From contig JAFTCY010000139.1 of assembly GCA_017454465.1 (NCBI GenBank), positions 1 through 56,061 on the forward strand: a stretch of 56,061 nt of DNA, read 5' to 3'. Below, one piece after another: positions 9,692 through 17,674 of this stretch. The number at the start of each line of letters is the position of its first letter. The first letter of the stretch is position 1. Under the pieces are notes generated by a model, which saw only the letters and a program-made list of their open reading frames with translations, ran no database searches and was not told the DNA's origin. This DNA is from Clostridia bacterium. GTDB lineage: Bacteria > Bacillota > Clostridia > Oscillospirales > CAG-272. The position numbers were made by a program, and so were the translations under genes.

Positions 9692-10465
9692 ATGGATACC
9701 ATAAGTTACAAGCTCGAGACATTCGAAGGCCCTCTGGACCTTCTGGTCAGTCTTGTGGAAAAGAACAAACTGGACATCAAGGACATCCCCATCGACATTC
9801 TTTGCTCACAGTACATGGATTACATGAACCGGGCATCGGAAGCCAATGTGGAACTGGCCTGCGATTTCTTGTACATGGCAAGCGAACTCATGCTCATAAA
9901 GAGCCGCATGCTTCTGCCCCGGGATCCTGAGAAAGATGAGGACCCAAGGAAGCCTCTCGTGGACGCCATCATCGAGTACCAGAAAACCAAGATGGCGGCG
10001 GCTGAGCTGGCTGACCTGTATGCCAGATTCGGTTCCAGAATGGCTAAGGAAACAGACGAGATCTCGCCTGACAGGACTTTCGTGAGAGACCAGCCGGCTG
10101 AACTTCTGATGCAGGCTCTGGCCAGAGTGCTGCAGGAAGCCGATCTTTCCGAAAAAACACTGCATAAGGATTTTGACGTCATAGTAAACGCGCCCCGGAT
10201 ACCCGTCCAGGATGTCATAAGAAACCTGGTCATTGATCTGAAGCAGGGTGATGTGTATCTGGATACATACTTCCGTTCATCCGCCAACAGGCAGGAAATG
10301 ATCGCGAAATTCATAAGCATCCTTGAGCTTCTGAAATCCCACACTGTCTCAGTGGAGGAAGAGGAGGCGTCCGAGACCGGAGTTACCGATATCTCCTCAC
10401 ATCTGAAGATCACGCTCCTCAAGGAAGACTTTGAGGTGACTGATGAAGACTTGGAATCATACTGA
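9692..10465 (+). CDS. scpA: segregation and condensation protein A
   Basis: The N-terminus ...FEGPLDLLVSLVEKNKLDIKDIPI... is the canonical ScpA kleisin start. scpB follows. Confidence 0.9.
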   Translation: MDTISYKLETFEGPLDLLVSLVEKNKLDIKDIPIDILCSQYMDYMNRASEANVELACDFLYMASELMLIKSRMLLPRDPEKDEDPRKPLVDAIIEYQKTKMAAAELADLYARFGSRMAKETDEISPDRTFVRDQPAELLMQALARVLQEADLSEKTLHKDFDVIVNAPRIPVQDVIRNLVIDLKQGDVYLDTYFRSSANRQEMIAKFISILELLKSHTVSVEEEEASETGVTDISSHLKITLLKEDFEVTDEDLESY

Positions 10466-10484
10466 TTCCGAATCATACTGATTC
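10454..10484. repeat. tandem duplication of a 15-nt palindromic unit (gaatca-tac-tgattc) with period 16
   Basis: gaatcatactgattc occurs at 10454-10468 and again at 10470-10484. Each unit is a 6-bp inverted repeat with a 3-nt spacer. The first copy contains the scpA stop codon (10463-10465). Confidence 0.8.
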
Positions 10485-10520
10485 TGCATTGCCAAAACCT
10501 TTCGATTTACCGAGGATACA

Positions 10521-11180
10521 ATGGAAAATACCGAACAGATAAGCTTTACCGACGAAACCGTATACACATTTGAGGACAGAGTGTCGATCATAGAAGCCTG
10601 CCTATTCGCGGCAGGCCACCCCCTGACGTACGAAAAGCTGGGGGAAGTCCTTAACATTTCCGAAGCAGAATGCAAAGATACCGTGGAAAAGATGGACGCC
10701 ATCTACAACAACGACTCTCCCTTCACCAGAGGCATCATACTTGCCCGTTTCCCTGATTCCTGCCAGCTGTGCACAAGGGAAAGATTCGGAGCCCAGATCA
10801 AGGCTGCTCTCGGCATGAAGAGAAGCGGAAACCTTTCCCAGTCTCTTATGGAAACTCTGGCCGTCATCGCCTATAACCAGCCGACGACGAGGGCTTACGT
10901 GGATGCTGTCCGCGGTGTGGATTCCTCCTATGCCGTAGGAGCCCTTCTCGAGAAAGACCTTATCGAGCAGTGCGGAAGGCTTGACGCCCCCGGAAGGCCC
11001 TCCCTTTACAGGACTACCGTAAAATTTCTCAGGGTATTCGGAATATCCGAGATAGGGGAACTGCCGAAAATAGTCCTGAGGAAAGACAACGGTGAGCAGA
11101 TAGAGATCTCAGCAACAGCGTATCAGGAACCTGAAGCCAAGACCGGAGATCCTGACCAGCAGACCCTGGCCGTCAACTGA
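10521..11180 (+). CDS. scpB: segregation and condensation protein B
   Basis: ...IIEACLFAAGHPLTYEKL... and ...LETLAVIAYNQPTTRAYVDAVRGV... match the ScpB winged-helix repeats. Confidence 0.9.
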   Translation: MENTEQISFTDETVYTFEDRVSIIEACLFAAGHPLTYEKLGEVLNISEAECKDTVEKMDAIYNNDSPFTRGIILARFPDSCQLCTRERFGAQIKAALGMKRSGNLSQSLMETLAVIAYNQPTTRAYVDAVRGVDSSYAVGALLEKDLIEQCGRLDAPGRPSLYRTTVKFLRVFGISEIGELPKIVLRKDNGEQIEISATAYQEPEAKTGDPDQQTLAVN

Positions 11181-11215
11181 CAGTATATCAAAAAACACAG
11201 AAAGGAAGTGAGGCT

Positions 11216-11983
11216 TTGATCGCCCTGTACATAATTCTCGGCATCCTTGCCTTCATACTTCTGCTTCTGTGCCTTATATGCTGCCTGTGCGCCAAGGCCA
11301 GGATCATTCTGAAGGATCAGTTCACGCTCAAAGTCGGAGCGGGTCCCGTAATGATCACGGTGGTGCCCGGGAAAGAGGAAAAGATAAAGGCGTCAGACTA
11401 CACCTACAAAAAGCATAAGAAACGCCTGGAAAAGGAAAAGAAAAAAGCCGAACTCAAAGCGAAGAAAGAAGAAGAGAAAAAGCTTAAGAAGAAAGCCGAG
11501 AATGCAAAGGAAGAGGAGAAGACAGGAAGCAAGCTGTCTTCCATCATGGATCTTGTTAAATTCGGTCTGGGAGAGCTGGGCACTCTGGCAAAAAAGGTCA
11601 GGATCAAAGTCAATGCCCTGCATGTCACGGCTTCAGGGGATGACGCCGCAAAGACAGCCCAGAACTACGGGATCCTGTCCGCTCTCATGAGCACATCCCT
11701 TGAGTTCCTGTCGAGCACATCGACTCTTAAGGACCCGAAGGACGGAACTATCTCCCTGTCAGCGGATTTTCTCGGCGAAAAGACCCGGTATGACGTGGAC
11801 ATTATATTCAGCCTGAGGATATTCCATGTGGTCATGACCGGCCTGAGGGCTTTGAAGATGTTCATAAAACAGAAAGCGTCAAAAGGCAAGCCGGACAAGA
11901 ACACCGACAATCTCAAGTACCATATCTTCGATCCCGAAGAAAAGACAAAGCGCGTTAAGGGAAGAAACAAAAAAGCCGGCTGA
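11216..11983 (+). CDS. DUF2953-like (YtfI-like) sporulation-associated membrane protein
   Basis: TTG start after AGGAAGTGAGG. It has an N-terminal TM, a K/E-rich linker and a conserved C-terminal part. Its position just upstream of ytfJ is typical in Firmicutes. Confidence 0.55.
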   Translation: MIALYIILGILAFILLLLCLICCLCAKARIILKDQFTLKVGAGPVMITVVPGKEEKIKASDYTYKKHKKRLEKEKKKAELKAKKEEEKKLKKKAENAKEEEKTGSKLSSIMDLVKFGLGELGTLAKKVRIKVNALHVTASGDDAAKTAQNYGILSALMSTSLEFLSSTSTLKDPKDGTISLSADFLGEKTRYDVDIIFSLRIFHVVMTGLRALKMFIKQKASKGKPDKNTDNLKYHIFDPEEKTKRVKGRNKKAG

Positions 11984-12047
11984 GCTTGCCGGGCAAAACA
12001 AGATAAATATATAAATCACTCTCAAATACCATAAACGGAGGCATATC

Positions 12048-12473
12048 ATGGCTGACAACACCAACAGACTCGGAGATCTCAACAGAGCTTCACTGGACTC
12101 CATCAAATCAATGCTGGACGCGAACACCATCGTCGGAGACCCCATAGAGACAAAATCCGGCACATGCATAATTCCCATCTCAAAGATCACTGTGGGATAC
12201 GCATCCGGCGGTCTTGATTTCGCAAAAAAAGACGCGGAGCAGAAACCCAACAATTTCGGCGGAGGCGGAGGGACCGGCATCACCGTGGCGCCTGTGGCTT
12301 TCCTTGTAATAGCTCCCAACGGCGAAGTCAACATGCTGAGCGTCAACACCAGCAACTCGCAGGCTCCCGCGGACACCGTGACCCAGGTCGTCGGACTTAT
12401 TGAAAAGTCTCCTGAGCTCATCGAGAGAGTCAAATCCGTATTTACAAAGAAGAACGAGGATAATTCGATCTGA
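12048..12473 (+). CDS. ytfJ: GerW/YtfJ family sporulation protein
   Basis: ...IIPISKITVGYASGGLDF...GGGGGTGITVAPVAFLVI... is characteristic of YtfJ/GerW. SD is GGAGG. Confidence 0.8.
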   Translation: MADNTNRLGDLNRASLDSIKSMLDANTIVGDPIETKSGTCIIPISKITVGYASGGLDFAKKDAEQKPNNFGGGGGTGITVAPVAFLVIAPNGEVNMLSVNTSNSQAPADTVTQVVGLIEKSPELIERVKSVFTKKNEDNSI

Positions 12474-12474
12474 C

Positions 12475-13203
12475 ATGGCGGACGTACGGCTTCAGAAGTT
12501 TCTGAGCGATGCCGGAATAATGTCCCGGCGGGCCGCTGAAAAAGCGATATCCGAAGGCAGGATAACCGTCAACGGATCGCCTGCCCTCACGGGAATGAAA
12601 GTGGATCCTGAAAAGGATACAGTTATCCTTGACGGAAAAAAGGTCACCCGTGATCCCTCCTGCGTATATATTGCGCTCAACAAGCCTTCAGGGGTCATCA
12701 CCTCCATGTCGGACGAAAAAGGCAGACCGACTGTCGCTCAGCTGGTCTCGGACTGCGGGAGAAGGGTATATCCCTGCGGAAGACTGGACATGTACTCGGA
12801 AGGGCTCCTTCTGCTCACTGATGACGGGGACGTGGCAAACAGGATAATGCATCCTTCCCACAGCATATCTAAGCAATATGCGGCGACTGTGACACGCGAG
12901 CTGTCAGAGGCGGAAGTAAGGGAGCTGTCAGTTCCTTTTGAACTTGACGGTTACATGCTCAGGCCTTTTGAGGTCTGGCTCGACGGATATCAGCATGACA
13001 TAAGCGGCAAAACATTTACAAAGCTGAGATTCACTCTCCACGAGGGAAGAAACAGGGAGATACGTAATATCTGCGCCCGTCACGGACTGAAGATAGCCCG
13101 TCTCACGAGGATATCCGTCGGAAAGATCACTCTTGACAGAATAGAGCCCGGAAAGTGGAGATACCTCAGCCAGGATGAAATCGACTATTTGAAAGGGATA
13201 TAG
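12475..13203 (+). CDS. rluB: 23S rRNA pseudouridine synthase, RsuA/RluB family
   Basis: S4 domain (RLQKFLSDAGIMSRRAAEKAI) and catalytic motif GRLDMYSEGLLLLTDDG. I chose the ATG at 12475; the track ORF extends upstream into ytfJ. Confidence 0.85.
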   Translation: MADVRLQKFLSDAGIMSRRAAEKAISEGRITVNGSPALTGMKVDPEKDTVILDGKKVTRDPSCVYIALNKPSGVITSMSDEKGRPTVAQLVSDCGRRVYPCGRLDMYSEGLLLLTDDGDVANRIMHPSHSISKQYAATVTRELSEAEVRELSVPFELDGYMLRPFEVWLDGYQHDISGKTFTKLRFTLHEGRNREIRNICARHGLKIARLTRISVGKITLDRIEPGKWRYLSQDEIDYLKGI

Positions 13204-13205
13204 GA

Positions 13206-13640
13206 ATGTACCAGATCCAGCCTGTAAGATCAAGGAAGCTTCAAAAGGAACTGGCCGAAAAGCTCGGCACGGAATTCGTTCCGCACACATATGCCATGTT
13301 CGCGGGAGAACTGGCTGACGACTACGCAACAGTGACTGAACTGATAGCCATGTGCCAGTTCACTTTCGGTGAAAAAGAGGCTGAGATCATGTCTGTGGGT
13401 ATCGCCGAAGGCCATGAGGAAGACGAGGCCGTCACCGTTCTCATAAGAGCCATGATGTCTCTGGTGAACAATGCTGAGATACCTGTCGTCTCCATAACCG
13501 GTGCCGTACTGTCCCCGGACAGGATCAAAAAGCTGGGATTCAGGCAAGTCCCCGGTCAGACGGACAAATGGGCGATAGATCTTGAGGAATTTTATAAGGC
13601 CCCCTGCGCTTATACCGCAGGGCAGAAACAGGAACAATAA
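13206..13640 (+). CDS. hypothetical protein (144 aa)
   Basis: The ORF starts 2 nt after the rluB stop. I recognised no motif. Codon usage looks like the neighbouring genes. Confidence 0.45.
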   Translation: MYQIQPVRSRKLQKELAEKLGTEFVPHTYAMFAGELADDYATVTELIAMCQFTFGEKEAEIMSVGIAEGHEEDEAVTVLIRAMMSLVNNAEIPVVSITGAVLSPDRIKKLGFRQVPGQTDKWAIDLEEFYKAPCAYTAGQKQEQ

Positions 13641-13674
13641 CGGTGCCGTGGAAACAGACACCGGATCTGAGATG

Positions 13675-13701
13675 ATCTCCCTGACCAACGATCAGGGAGA
13701 T
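13675..13701 (+). terminator. 10-bp hairpin (atctccctga/tcagggagat) with short T tract
   Basis: Perfect stem read from the sequence, followed by ttt. It is a weak candidate terminator for the + strand unit. Confidence 0.35.
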
Positions 13702-13706
13702 TTGCG

Positions 13707-13752
13707 AAAAAAAAGCAGACGCGGATCTTTTACCAGATCCGCGTCTTTTCGT
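13707..13752. terminator. bidirectional rho-independent terminator
   Basis: Perfect 11-bp stem agacgcggatc/gatccgcgtct (13717-13727 and 13736-13746), flanked by A8 upstream and TTTTCGTT downstream. It sits between the convergent genes ending at 13640 (+) and 13783 (-). Confidence 0.8.
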
Positions 13753-13782
13753 TATGCTGTTTTATCTTTTGGACAGGTGTTA

Positions 13783-16593
13783 TCAGGAGTGCTCGGAAAT
13801 ATATGTTCTCGCCCTGCCCGCGATGATCCTTGCCGTCTCCTCAGCGCTCTTTGTGCCGCCGAAGAAAGACGAAAGCTCATCCTTTATAATCTCCACAAGG
13901 CCCAGGTCGGTCCGTGCGACCATGGTAGCGCCTTTTACTATATCATAGGCCTGCTGTACCGCTTCCTCAGAGAACTGCACGTTCCTGGATGTCTGGTAGT
14001 TTATGTATTCCTCGGAATATCCGGATTCCTTCCACCAGTTCAGCGTCCACTCATCGATGTAGTCTTCTCCGCCCCACCAGTTATCCTTTGCCGTAGCGGC
14101 CTTGTTATCCATATATTCCTTATTCACGCAGAATCCCCAGTAATTGTTATAGAAGTCGTCATCTTCAAGAACGAATTTTATGAATTCCCAGGCCTGGTCT
14201 TTTGCTTTTGATCTGGCGCCTATGGCCATCTCGGTCTGGGGAACGATAATCGCCCCGTTGCCGGATCTGCAGGGATACCCGATCGCCGTTATATCCTTCG
14301 TGGCGAATTCCTGCTGCGCCTGCAGTATTGCGGTCATATCGTTCATATAGAGCAGTTCAAGAAGAGCCTTATCGTTGAAATACCTGAGCTGTTGCATTTC
14401 CTCGAACTGCCTGTATTTGTCCTCGTCGTAGCTGTCGCCCATCTGGCCGTAGAACTCTTCGTATATGTTCGTTTCCCTGCAGTTCTTCAGATATTTTATG
14501 AAATCGATGAATCCCTTGGTCTCAAATTCAGTTTCTCCCGTATCCCAGTTTACAAGGGAATTCAGCGCTCTCTGGAAGAAGATCTCCATGATCTCATTGC
14601 GGCTCTGCCCCCAGAAAGCCTCCATGCCCTCGGGCATCGTGCTCAGCAACTGGGTGAACTTTTCAAAAGTCCATCCGGGCTCTGTCCCGACGAACTTTGA
14701 TTTTGCGAACATGGTCTGTATGGAGAACGTAAGTATAAGCGAGTACATCTTTTCTCCCACTTTTGTGGCATCGAAGATGTTTGTAAGGTACTTGCTGCTG
14801 TCAAGAGTTGCGACATACCTTGAAATATCCTCGAATACTTTGTTCCTGTACAGGCTTTCAACGGGCATGTTTTCATTCATGAAAATAATGTCCGGGACCT
14901 TTCCTGTCGAAAGATCCTTATTGAACTGGTCATATCCGCCTCTCCAGTCCGTATCCGCGTCGTTGTATTTTTCGTAAGATTCAAGCTGAACCCTTACTCC
15001 GGTGTTTCTCTTGTTGAATCTTATCATGGAACGTACCAGGTTGTAGTCGTTGACAGCGGAGCCGATGGTGACGAGCACTTCTTCAGCCATATCCTCATCG
15101 GGGATCCGCTCATAGATCTCGACTGTCATCTTCTGGCTGGGATTCATGGGTTTCGCTATGCTGTCATAAACTATTCCGCCGCCGTATCTGTTGGATATGA
15201 AGCATACTCTTCCGTCGCTGAGTACTCCGGCAACGCTGCCGCCGAAATATTCCACGTCGCAGTTGATATAGTTGAGATATTCCGTCATCTGTCCGGTAGT
15301 CAAGTCATAGGCATTTATGCAGTCTGTGCCGTTCAGATATAGAACATTATCGTTGCCGCCGAGGAATCCGTAATAAGTGTTGCTGTCAAGGCCCTCCAGC
15401 TGCAGCGGCTCGACCTGGCCATTCACGGCGCGCTGGTATTTGATGTTCCCCATGTCATCGGAAGACATTATTATGAATCCCTTGCCCACGGACATTATAT
15501 TGTTTACCCAGCCGTCTATATCGGATTTTCCCACCAGGCTGCCGTCTTTGCCAATGAACAGGATGGAGGTATCTATCGTAACGGCAAGAGTGCCGTCCGA
15601 ATCATATGCCACCTGGTACAGCCATGTGTTCTGCATATCGAGCTTCAGGCTTTCAAACAACTCGGAAAGGTCCTTTGAATCCTTTATCTTGCCTGTGGAA
15701 AGGTCGATGGTATCGATGGTATACCAGTGCCTGTATTCGTAATCGTCGGTAATGTCTATCGGCTCGTCTATGTCATAACCGGTATCAGAAGGCTCCGAAA
15801 AGTCATCATTGGTCTCGGCTTCTTCAGTTACAATCTCTTCTTCTGTCTCAATTTCCTCTTTAGGTATTACGGGATAATCGATCTGACCTGATCCGTAGCG
15901 GTAGTATTCACGGAGCATCACAAGATCGCCGTCTCCGTTAACGAATATGTTGACCATGCTCGAGCCGCCGTTTTCGTTGCTCTGATCCTCAATGTCGATG
16001 TCGATCACCTTTGAGGTGTACTTTGCGGGCGAGTTCTTGTCAAGATCCGCCACACAGACGGATGGGACGTTTCTGTACTTCATGGTCCACTTGTCAGGCA
16101 GAAGCAGCGCGTTTTCGCTCGATCCTTCAGTGACCTCGTCAACATGCTTGTTCCAGAGATCCTCAGGCTCATCCGGTCCCCCGGTCTGCGCCGGTTTTGT
16201 GTCCACCGGCACATATGAGTCTTCTGCCGCGTATGTGCCATAGATTATCACTTCGTCATCAGGGTATTCCAAGTTGACTCCGCCGTTTTCCTGCCAGTAG
16301 TATCCCTTTCTCGTTTCCACTTCATTGCCGTCCGCGTCTATTATAGTCGTATAATCAGTGGAAAAAGTGAGATACAGAGCTGTGTCGGAGCAGAAAACGT
16401 TCTGGGTATATCCGATATCTTCCGGAATCTTTATCTCGGTAGCTCCGAACACATTGGTCCTTCTTGATTTCGGTGGCTCATCCTTTTTAGGACCTTCTCC
16501 TCCGTTATTGTTATTGCATCCTGCGGCTGTCATCATTGCGCCGAATATGAATAAAAAGGCGAGCAAAAGAGCCGTGATCTTTCTGAAATGCAT
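13783..16593 (-). CDS. 936-aa lipoprotein: N-terminal unknown module plus C-terminal extracellular solute-binding (ABC SBP family 1-like) domain
   Basis: Signal peptide with lipobox (LLAFLFIFGAMMTAAGC). The C-terminal ~450 aa look SBP-like (...VPDIIFMNENMP..., ...ITAIGYP...). SD is GGAGG. This is the last gene of the five-gene operon. Confidence 0.7.
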   Translation of the reverse strand: MHFRKITALLLAFLFIFGAMMTAAGCNNNNGGEGPKKDEPPKSRRTNVFGATEIKIPEDIGYTQNVFCSDTALYLTFSTDYTTIIDADGNEVETRKGYYWQENGGVNLEYPDDEVIIYGTYAAEDSYVPVDTKPAQTGGPDEPEDLWNKHVDEVTEGSSENALLLPDKWTMKYRNVPSVCVADLDKNSPAKYTSKVIDIDIEDQSNENGGSSMVNIFVNGDGDLVMLREYYRYGSGQIDYPVIPKEEIETEEEIVTEEAETNDDFSEPSDTGYDIDEPIDITDDYEYRHWYTIDTIDLSTGKIKDSKDLSELFESLKLDMQNTWLYQVAYDSDGTLAVTIDTSILFIGKDGSLVGKSDIDGWVNNIMSVGKGFIIMSSDDMGNIKYQRAVNGQVEPLQLEGLDSNTYYGFLGGNDNVLYLNGTDCINAYDLTTGQMTEYLNYINCDVEYFGGSVAGVLSDGRVCFISNRYGGGIVYDSIAKPMNPSQKMTVEIYERIPDEDMAEEVLVTIGSAVNDYNLVRSMIRFNKRNTGVRVQLESYEKYNDADTDWRGGYDQFNKDLSTGKVPDIIFMNENMPVESLYRNKVFEDISRYVATLDSSKYLTNIFDATKVGEKMYSLILTFSIQTMFAKSKFVGTEPGWTFEKFTQLLSTMPEGMEAFWGQSRNEIMEIFFQRALNSLVNWDTGETEFETKGFIDFIKYLKNCRETNIYEEFYGQMGDSYDEDKYRQFEEMQQLRYFNDKALLELLYMNDMTAILQAQQEFATKDITAIGYPCRSGNGAIIVPQTEMAIGARSKAKDQAWEFIKFVLEDDDFYNNYWGFCVNKEYMDNKAATAKDNWWGGEDYIDEWTLNWWKESGYSEEYINYQTSRNVQFSEEAVQQAYDIVKGATMVARTDLGLVEIIKDELSSFFGGTKSAEETARIIAGRARTYISEHS

Positions 16594-16606
16594 TTTCTGT
16601 CCTCCG

Positions 16607-17659
16607 TTAATGCTGTATTTCCAGGTTTCTTATCTTATGCTTTGCCGTGATCCGTCTGATTATCTTCCACGGAGAAAATCCTGACTTCCCGAGGAAGATC
16701 AGTGACAGCAGCAGACAGATCGCCGCCGCTATCAGGAGCACGAACTGAACAATGGTCAGGACCGACGCGTGATAGTCGTATATCCTTGCCTCGTTTTCCC
16801 AGTACGGGTACTCTACTTTGTTTTGACGTGTAAGTGAGTACTGAAGTTCCCCTGCCCGGTCCCATCTGTTTTTAATTGAGAACCGGTCGCTGACTTCACA
16901 GGCCGAGGCGGTCTGCTGGTCAAATGTCACCGCGCTGTCGAATATGTTTTTCGCGAATCCCTTCACTGCGTCCGGGAGAGCCGCCTCAAAGCATGTAAGG
17001 GACACCGATGACACTTTTGAGAAGCCTGCGTAACTCATATACGCTCTGAGTCCGGTGCCGTACGTGCTGCCGTAGGGTCCGCTGTCGCTTTCGGGGCTTG
17101 CTATTCCGGTCACCACGTAATCATAGTCGCCTACGGAAAGGGTCATGCCTATTATATTCTCAGCTCCGAAAAGCCTCCAGGCCAGATTCCTGTCAAGGAC
17201 TATTCCCATGGGATTCGAGTCATCGTTGAGATACGCGGTGCCGTACGTGTACTTCATGGGATGGAATACGAAGAAATCTCCCATTGTCACGGTCACGACA
17301 GCGTTCTCGGATGACTTGGGGCCCATCAGGCTGAGTTCCGAATGGCCGGACGCGGTCCAAGCCCAGGAACTTGCGTTCTCATGGGGAGTTATGGACGCTT
17401 CTATGAGTTTTTCATCCATGCTGTGGACCCAGTTCTCAACATCCTGTGTGCTGATGGCGCCCTCCTCGGAGTACAGCGCGATGGTCGCGTACCTTTCCGA
17501 GTCGGAGGACCACCTGTCGCCCGCGTGTATGAATTCCAGACGGCCCGAGAATCCTGAGATAACAAGCTCGATGACCCCGGCCGACGCGACGAGCGCCAGG
17601 CATAGCAGGAATATGATCCCGCATACCTTCAGCTTCTTTTTGTCCAAGTCTTTAAACAT
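16607..17659 (-). CDS. two-TM membrane protein resembling the MacB/FtsX-type periplasmic core domain only
   Basis: N-terminal TM (VCGIIFLLCLALVASAGVI), a ~270-aa extracytoplasmic part with ...NIIGMTLSVGDYDYVVTGIASP..., and one C-terminal TM (VLTIVQFVLLIAAAICLLLSLIFL). The FtsX TM3-TM4 segment is absent. Confidence 0.5.
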   Translation of the reverse strand: MFKDLDKKKLKVCGIIFLLCLALVASAGVIELVISGFSGRLEFIHAGDRWSSDSERYATIALYSEEGAISTQDVENWVHSMDEKLIEASITPHENASSWAWTASGHSELSLMGPKSSENAVVTVTMGDFFVFHPMKYTYGTAYLNDDSNPMGIVLDRNLAWRLFGAENIIGMTLSVGDYDYVVTGIASPESDSGPYGSTYGTGLRAYMSYAGFSKVSSVSLTCFEAALPDAVKGFAKNIFDSAVTFDQQTASACEVSDRFSIKNRWDRAGELQYSLTRQNKVEYPYWENEARIYDYHASVLTIVQFVLLIAAAICLLLSLIFLGKSGFSPWKIIRRITAKHKIRNLEIQH

Positions 17660-17674
17660 GTCGGCTTCTCCGGC

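Noticed and set aside
11393-11530. Purine-rich low-complexity stretch as a possible DNA repeat or regulatory element
   Set aside because: It is in frame within the DUF2953-like ORF and encodes a K/E-rich linker. No exact nucleotide periodicity was seen.
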